Assembly: GCA_046598045.1 (NCBI GenBank)
Contig: JBKJJJ010000174.1
Span: 32,001 to 96,000 of the forward strand
Length of the DNA: 64,000 nt
Source: Candidatus Eiseniibacteriota bacterium
Lineage (GTDB): Bacteria; Eisenbacteria; RBG-16-71-46; DASYSL01
Reading direction: 5' to 3'
Shown: in pieces, positions 58,892 to 64,000 of the stretch
Layout: the number at the start of each line of letters is the position of its first letter
How positions within the stretch are numbered: position 1 is the stretch's first letter
The notes under the pieces: model-generated
The model's database searches: none
Seen by the model: only the letters and a program-made list of their open reading frames with translations
What the model was told of the DNA's origin: nothing
Translations under genes and position numbers: made by a program

Positions 58892-60327
58892 ATCTCCGCC
58901 CGTCCCTCCTGGTCCTCCTGTTCCTCGGCGCGCTCGCGCCCGGCGCGAGCGCCGCCGAAACCCGCGCCTACGTGTACTGCACCGACTTCGGCTCCGGTGC
59001 GATCTCGACCGTCGAGTTCGGCCCGCCGCGCACCGCGATCAACAACCGGGCGAGCGTGGGCTCCGACGCGGTCGTGCGCTGGTTCGGCGGGCAGCTCTAC
59101 GTGGTCGAGCGCTTCGGCCTCGACAACATCCGCATCCTCGACCCGGCGACGTTCGCCGTGGTGCGGCAGTTCTCGGTCGGCAACGGCTCGAACCCGAACG
59201 ACATCTACGTGGTCTCGCCGACCAGGGCCTACGTCACGCGTTATGACAAGCCGGACCTGTGGATCGTGAACCCCTCGACCGGCGCGTTCGTGAGCAGCAT
59301 CTCGCTGGCACCATTTGCCGATCCCGACGGCCTGCCCGAGATGAACCGGCTCACCTACCACGCGGGGCGCCTGTTCGTGTCGTGCCAGCGGCTCAATCGC
59401 GACAACTTCTTTTCGCCCACGGACTCGAGCCTCGTGGTCGTGATCGACACGGAGACCAACCAGTTCGTGGACGCGGACCCGACCCTACCCGGCGCACAGG
59501 GCATCCTCCTGCCGCGCACGAACCCGACGACCGAGTTCGCCACCACGCCCGAGGGCGACTTCCTGCTCGGCTGCACCGGGGCTTACAGCGTGAACGATGG
59601 CGGCGTGGCGCGGATCGACCCGCGCGCGCTCACGTCGACCACGGTCGAGGTGACCGAGGGAGAGCTCGGCGGCGACGTCAACGACGTGGCGATCGGCCCG
59701 GGGGCGAGCGGCGTCGCGCGCGCGTTCTGCGTCGTGAGCGATCCGGCGTTCAACACCAACCTCGTGTCCTACCAACGCTCGGGCGCGCCGTCGGTGGCGA
59801 CGGTGTTCCCCGGTGTCGGCTTCGTGCTCGGGGACGTCGAGGTCAACGACCGGGACGAGGTGTGGCTGTGCGATCGCACCGGGACCGGACCCGGCGTGCG
59901 CGTGTTCGACGCGGTCACGAACGCGCAGCTCACCGCGAGCGCGATCTTCACCGGGTTGCCGCCCTCGGACATCTCGTTCGACGTGGTCGAGCCCGTCGGC
60001 GTTCCGGGCCCGCCGCCCGCAGCCGCGGTCAGCGTGGCGTTCGCGGGCATCGCCCCGAACCCGGCGGTCGGGGGCGCCCCGACGACGATACGCCTGCGCG
60101 CAGAGGTGGCCGGCGCGCTGCGCGTCTCGATCGTGGACGCCGCAGGCCGCCTGCTCCGGACCTGGCGGCTCGAAACCGCCGCCGGGGAGCGGGTCCTGGC
60201 CTGGGACGGCCGGGACGAGGCGGGCCGGGCGGCCCCGGCGGGCGTGTACCTCGTCCGCGCCGCGCTCGACGATCAGCCGGGCGTCGCGAGCGCGCGACTG
60301 GTCCGACTGGCCCCGGCGCGGCTATAA
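58888..60327 (+). CDS. Secreted beta-propeller (BtuG/YncE-like) with a FlgD-Ig CTD
   Basis: Signal peptide; Q.SVG.GSNP.DI, RAYVTRY, D.DG.PEM; C-terminal PNP...VD.AGR..R...WDGRD..G...GVY; GTGA overlap with the receptor. Confidence 0.8.
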   Translation: MNLRPSLLVLLFLGALAPGASAAETRAYVYCTDFGSGAISTVEFGPPRTAINNRASVGSDAVVRWFGGQLYVVERFGLDNIRILDPATFAVVRQFSVGNGSNPNDIYVVSPTRAYVTRYDKPDLWIVNPSTGAFVSSISLAPFADPDGLPEMNRLTYHAGRLFVSCQRLNRDNFFSPTDSSLVVVIDTETNQFVDADPTLPGAQGILLPRTNPTTEFATTPEGDFLLGCTGAYSVNDGGVARIDPRALTSTTVEVTEGELGGDVNDVAIGPGASGVARAFCVVSDPAFNTNLVSYQRSGAPSVATVFPGVGFVLGDVEVNDRDEVWLCDRTGTGPGVRVFDAVTNAQLTASAIFTGLPPSDISFDVVEPVGVPGPPPAAAVSVAFAGIAPNPAVGGAPTTIRLRAEVAGALRVSIVDAAGRLLRTWRLETAAGERVLAWDGRDEAGRAAPAGVYLVRAALDDQPGVASARLVRLAPARL

Positions 60328-60411
60328 TCGAAGGCCCGGGGGCGGCGGCTTGCCCCGCCGCCCCGTTCGCTTGAATGCAGCTCGCTCGAGGTCCCCTCAG
60401 GGAGTGTCCGG

Positions 60412-61497
60412 ATGTTCACCGTGCCCCATCGTCCCCTGCGCGCCCTCGCTGCCGCCCTTTTCGTGACCGCCGTCCTGGTCACCGCGTTGCCCGGTCGCGC
60501 CGAGTCGCCCTGCGCCGGTTCGTTCTGCTGGATCCAGCGCGGCAACTACGCGGGGCTCGAGTTCACCGCCCTGCTCTCGCCCCCCGGCAACCCGTGCGTC
60601 GTGGCGTGGACCGCGCTCTCGAACGGCGGGCTCGGCGTGTCGACCGATTGCGGCGCGCAGTACGCGAACCTGTTCCAACTCAGCGCCTACGACGTGACCG
60701 CGCGCGACTCGAACGTGGGTTACGTCGCCGCCGGCGCGCTCGGCATCGCGAAGACCAAGGACACGGGATCGAACTGGTTCGCGATCAACAGCGGCCTGCC
60801 CGCGTTCCCCGACGCGCGCGCGATCCTCCTGCACGTGGCGAAGCCGGACTCGGCGTTCTGCGGCCTGCACGGCGGCGGCGTGTTCATCGGCGGCCCCAAG
60901 GCCGGCGGCGGCACGGACTCGCTCATGCAGTGGACCGCGATCAACGAGGGTCTCTTAGACCTCAACGTGCGCGCGCTGGCGCGCGTGCGCGGCGGCACGT
61001 TCCTGGTCGCCGCGACCGACGGCGGCATCTGGCGCCGCGGCAACAACGTGTGGTTGCTGGTCGGCCCCGCGGTGGTGGCGAACGCGCTGGTGATCGACTC
61101 GGCGGATTCGAGCCGCGTCTACGCCGCGACCGAGAACGGCGTCTACCGCAGCCTCAACCAGGGCCTGTCGTGGTTCCCGTCGTCGGCCGGCCTTCCCTTG
61201 AACACGCCGGTGAACGACATCGCGCGCCGCACCGACAACTCCGCGGTGCTCTACATCGGGACGCGCGGGCAGGGCGTGTGGCAGAGCACGAATTACGGCG
61301 CGAACTGGACGCCGTTCGGCCCGCCGCTGCCGGGCGACAACGACGTGCGCGCCGTGCTGTGCGCGGTGGGCGCGGCCGCGCCCGACTCTGCGAACGTGTT
61401 CGCCGGGACGCGCGCGAACGGGCTCTTCCAGAACGGCTACTCGACGCCCGCGCGGCCGGTGACCTGGGGCCAGATCAAGGACCGGTATCGGCGGTAA
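60412..61497 (+). CDS. Secreted BNR/Asp-box beta-propeller with a TWGQIKDRYRR tail
   Basis: Signal peptide; Asp boxes STDCGAQY, TKDTGSNW, SLNQGLSW, STNYGANW. Confidence 0.8.
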   Translation: MFTVPHRPLRALAAALFVTAVLVTALPGRAESPCAGSFCWIQRGNYAGLEFTALLSPPGNPCVVAWTALSNGGLGVSTDCGAQYANLFQLSAYDVTARDSNVGYVAAGALGIAKTKDTGSNWFAINSGLPAFPDARAILLHVAKPDSAFCGLHGGGVFIGGPKAGGGTDSLMQWTAINEGLLDLNVRALARVRGGTFLVAATDGGIWRRGNNVWLLVGPAVVANALVIDSADSSRVYAATENGVYRSLNQGLSWFPSSAGLPLNTPVNDIARRTDNSAVLYIGTRGQGVWQSTNYGANWTPFGPPLPGDNDVRAVLCAVGAAAPDSANVFAGTRANGLFQNGYSTPARPVTWGQIKDRYRR

Positions 61498-61498
61498 G

Positions 61499-62743
61499 CT
61501 AGAAGTCGATGCGAGTCGTCGTCACTTCGCCCGCCCGGACGACCACCGAGTCCGTGGCGGGCGAATCGTTGCGGCCCGCCGCGCGCGCGAAGATCCGGTA
61601 CAGCCCGGGCGCGAGATTGAGCCGCACCGCGGGCGCGCCCTGCGTCTGCGCGAGCGCCGCGCTCGCGGCGCCCCCGCCGCCCGCGGCCGCCCCCCAGAGG
61701 GGATCGAACTCGACCGTCGCGCCGTCGAGCACCGCGCCGCTCTCAGCCGCGCGCGCGTCGACCAGCACGTGGCCGCGCGCCCCATCCGGCGCCGGCCCTC
61801 CGGCGGAGAGCGCCCAGGCAGAGAGCGTGTCGGGCGGCACGATCACCTGCGATAGCGTGGTGTCCTGGTCGAGCGCCTGCGGCCAGCTCACGGTCGGCAG
61901 GAAGCCCGCGGCCGTCACGCGCGCGACGTAGCGCCCCGCCGACAGGCCGACCAGCGAAAACTGGGAGAGGAAATTCGTGGTCGAGGTCACCCCGGCGGTC
62001 GGGCCCTCGAGCACGCTCACGAGCGCGCCCGCGACCGGCGTTCCGCTCGAGCGCGCGGCGAACACAAAGCCGTTGAAGTTCGGCCGGGCGCGCGGCGCGG
62101 CGAACAGGACGACGCCCGGGCGCAGCGCCACATTATAAGGGCCGTCCCACACGTACCCGCCGCGCGCGAGCCCGAGCCCGAAGTCGCCGATCGCGGCGTT
62201 GACCAGCACGATCGGGTCCTTCCCCTCGCCGGTCTGGACGAGCGTGCCGCCGGGCGAGGGCGCGAACGAGACCAGCGCGTCGCCCAGCGGCACGCCCGTG
62301 CTCTTGAGCGCGAACAGCCCGAACAGCCCCTGCGCGCGGTCCCACGCCGGCGCGCCGCGGGCGAGGAGCACGGAATCGATCTCGGCGTCGGTGAACAGCG
62401 GCACCACGGCGTCGACCAGGTTCCTGGTCACGCGAAAGTCGTAGGTCACCGTGGTGCGGCGGCCGGACCGGTCGGCGCGCAGCCGGTGGACGCCCGCAGG
62501 CAGGCCCTGCAGCACGAAGTAGCCGTCGGCGTCGCTGGTCACGCCGCGGATCAGAGGCTCGTTCTCGACCGAGATCGTCGCGCCGGCCACGCCCGAGATC
62601 GGGCTCGTGGTGGCGTCCACCACGCGGCCGCCCACGACGTAGACGATCGGGATCGTGAGGTCCTTCGCGCCGCCCCCGCAGCCGGCGAGCGCGAGGGCGA
62701 TTGCGGCCGCCACGGATGCGCGGGTGACGCGCGCGTGCCACAC
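61499..62743 (-). CDS. Lipoprotein with carboxypeptidase regulatory-like (transthyretin-fold) repeats
   Basis: Lipobox LAGC; repeated G.V.D....VAGA.+.+, T..DG.F.L.GL..G; start uncertain. Confidence 0.75.
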   Translation of the reverse strand: MWHARVTRASVAAAIALALAGCGGGAKDLTIPIVYVVGGRVVDATTSPISGVAGATISVENEPLIRGVTSDADGYFVLQGLPAGVHRLRADRSGRRTTVTYDFRVTRNLVDAVVPLFTDAEIDSVLLARGAPAWDRAQGLFGLFALKSTGVPLGDALVSFAPSPGGTLVQTGEGKDPIVLVNAAIGDFGLGLARGGYVWDGPYNVALRPGVVLFAAPRARPNFNGFVFAARSSGTPVAGALVSVLEGPTAGVTSTTNFLSQFSLVGLSAGRYVARVTAAGFLPTVSWPQALDQDTTLSQVIVPPDTLSAWALSAGGPAPDGARGHVLVDARAAESGAVLDGATVEFDPLWGAAAGGGGAASAALAQTQGAPAVRLNLAPGLYRIFARAAGRNDSPATDSVVVRAGEVTTTRIDF

Positions 62744-63248
62744 CGTGCGTGCCCACGCGCCACATACCGCGGCGGCGTGTGCGCCATGGCGGAACGCGTA
62801 AGCCCTGAGCTTTGTGGCGGCATGCAGGGCGCGCGCGGTGAGGGGACTCAAGCCAAGTCGGAACAATGCGTTGCGGCCTCCGTCAAGGTGTCGTCAAGCC
62901 CACGGGCGGTCAGGACCCTCGTGGCACGACGCTTGTATAAGGAATCAAACGCCGGCCGCCTGATCAAATCACGAGCCATGCAATACCTTGGCGGGTGAGC
63001 GGGGGCTCCGGGACCAGAGCGGTCCCGCGATCAGGCTGGCTGGTCCAAGTCCCGTTGCGGCGGGACTTGGACCGGTTCTTCCCGGTTCCGGCGCGGCCTT
63101 CCCGGCTGCGAACATTGTAACGCATGCCGGCGGGCCGCTCGCGCAAGTGGGCGGCCCGCGACCTTGAGGGGCGCGCCACATCCAGCGCTGCATCTTGCAC
63201 TCGCGTCCAGCTCATTCATCCTGCGCGCGCCCCTTCAAGATCGCCTGC

Positions 63249-64000
63249 TCACTCCCCGAACAACCCGGCCTTCTCCAGCGGATTCGGCACGCGCGTGTTC
63301 CAGCCGTAGGTCTCCTTCAGGAGCGCGGCGAGCGACTCCGCCGACTCCGGCTCGCCGTGCGTCAGGAACACGCGCGAAGGCGCCGGCTTGCCGAACGTGC
63401 CCGCCCAGCGCACCAACTCGGAGCGGTCCGCGTGCGCCGACAGCGCGTCGATCTTCTCGATCTGCGCGCGCACCGGCACGAACTCGCCGAACATCTTCAC
63501 TTCCTCCGCGCCCTCCAGCAGCGTGCGGCCGCGCGTGCCCGGCGCCTGGAAGCCGACGAACAGCACGATGTTGTTCGGGCCCGGCAGCCGGCTCCGCAGG
63601 TGGTGCACGATGCGGCCACCCGACGCCATGCCGCTCGCCGACACGATCACGCGCGGGCCGGGCATGGTGTTGAGTTTCTTCGACTCCTCGACCGACTGCA
63701 CGAGGTTCAGCTCGCCGAAGTAGAACGTGCAGCCCCGATCGCCCGCGTGGACGTGCGGCACCTTCTGCTCGGCGGGGTACTTGCAGTAGATCTCGGTGGC
63801 GTCGATCGCCATCGGGCTGTCGAGGTGAACCGGGACCTTCGGGATCGAGCCGTCCTTCATGCCCTCCTTCAGGATGAGCAGGATCTCCTGCGTGCGCCCG
63901 ACCGCGAACGCGGGGATGAGCAACACGCCCTTCGACTCCACGATGCGTTTCACCAGGGACGCGATGTAGGAGCGCGGGTCCTTCTCCTCGTGCTCGCGAT
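63249..64000 (-). CDS. MBL-fold beta-CASP ribonuclease, 3' part (start beyond the window)
   Basis: IPAFAVGRTQE, DSPMA, SASGM..GGR+.HH, VGFQA.GT.GR, SAHAD, THGE. Confidence 0.92.
   Translation of the reverse strand, partial: REHEEKDPRSYIASLVKRIVESKGVLLIPAFAVGRTQEILLILKEGMKDGSIPKVPVHLDSPMAIDATEIYCKYPAEQKVPHVHAGDRGCTFYFGELNLVQSVEESKKLNTMPGPRVIVSASGMASGGRIVHHLRSRLPGPNNIVLFVGFQAPGTRGRTLLEGAEEVKMFGEFVPVRAQIEKIDALSAHADRSELVRWAGTFGKPAPSRVFLTHGEPESAESLAALLKETYGWNTRVPNPLEKAGLFGE

Noticed and set aside
62990..63110. tRNA-Sec, SRP RNA or tmRNA (the minus strand contains ...CCCGCCA)
   Set aside because: No cloverleaf or T-loop GTTCRA, no SRP GGAA/AGCAG motif, and no tag reading frame recognised
1..64000. 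Many long overlapping ORFs in alternative frames (e.g. 11330-14356, 33596-35914, 48060-51086)
   Set aside because: They are Arg/Ala/Pro-rich shadow ORFs expected at high GC, and they overlap genes with clear family motifs

Overview
High-GC bacterial chromosomal window. It probably comes from an FCB-related candidate lineage such as Ca. Eisenbacteria; this is inferred from the FlgD-Ig/T9SS-like C-terminal domains and (S/T)WGxxKxxYR tails and was not checked by search. The window has six parts. (1) 1.6-14.4 kb: aromatic-CoA catabolism genes resembling a variant Box pathway (PaaH-like dehydrogenase, aldehyde dehydrogenase, thiolase, single-domain BoxC-like crotonase, BoxB-like di-iron epoxidase, GNAT, Dch-like hydratase), interrupted by metal/redox genes. 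(2) 14.5-26.5 kb: a compositionally distinct accessory region. It holds a translationally coupled ECF sigma / tandem-ZAS anti-sigma / exported TPR-CHAT protease operon and a divergent set of genes (FeeM-like acyl synthase, ICMT-like methyltransferase, secreted proteins); the two sides share a candidate GTCACA-N14/15-CGAC promoter. This is the best candidate for an undescribed system. (3) 28.5-38.9 kb: a lipid uptake and beta-oxidation locus (SGNH lipoprotein, FadL, FadD, TPR, FadI/FadJ, TonB). (4) 41-51.4 kb: the origin-type cluster rpmH-rnpA-yidD-yidC-jag-mnmE-mnmG-rsmG-parA-parB-bactofilin, with three parS sites and DnaA boxes but no dnaA. (5) A HEAT-repeat/HD-GYP pair sharing an N-terminal domain. 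(6) A cobalamin riboswitch ahead of a BtuB-like receptor and a secreted beta-propeller. Two genes carry a single in-frame TAG. No rRNA, tRNA, CRISPR array, integrase or transposase was recognised. All family assignments come from motif recognition by eye.
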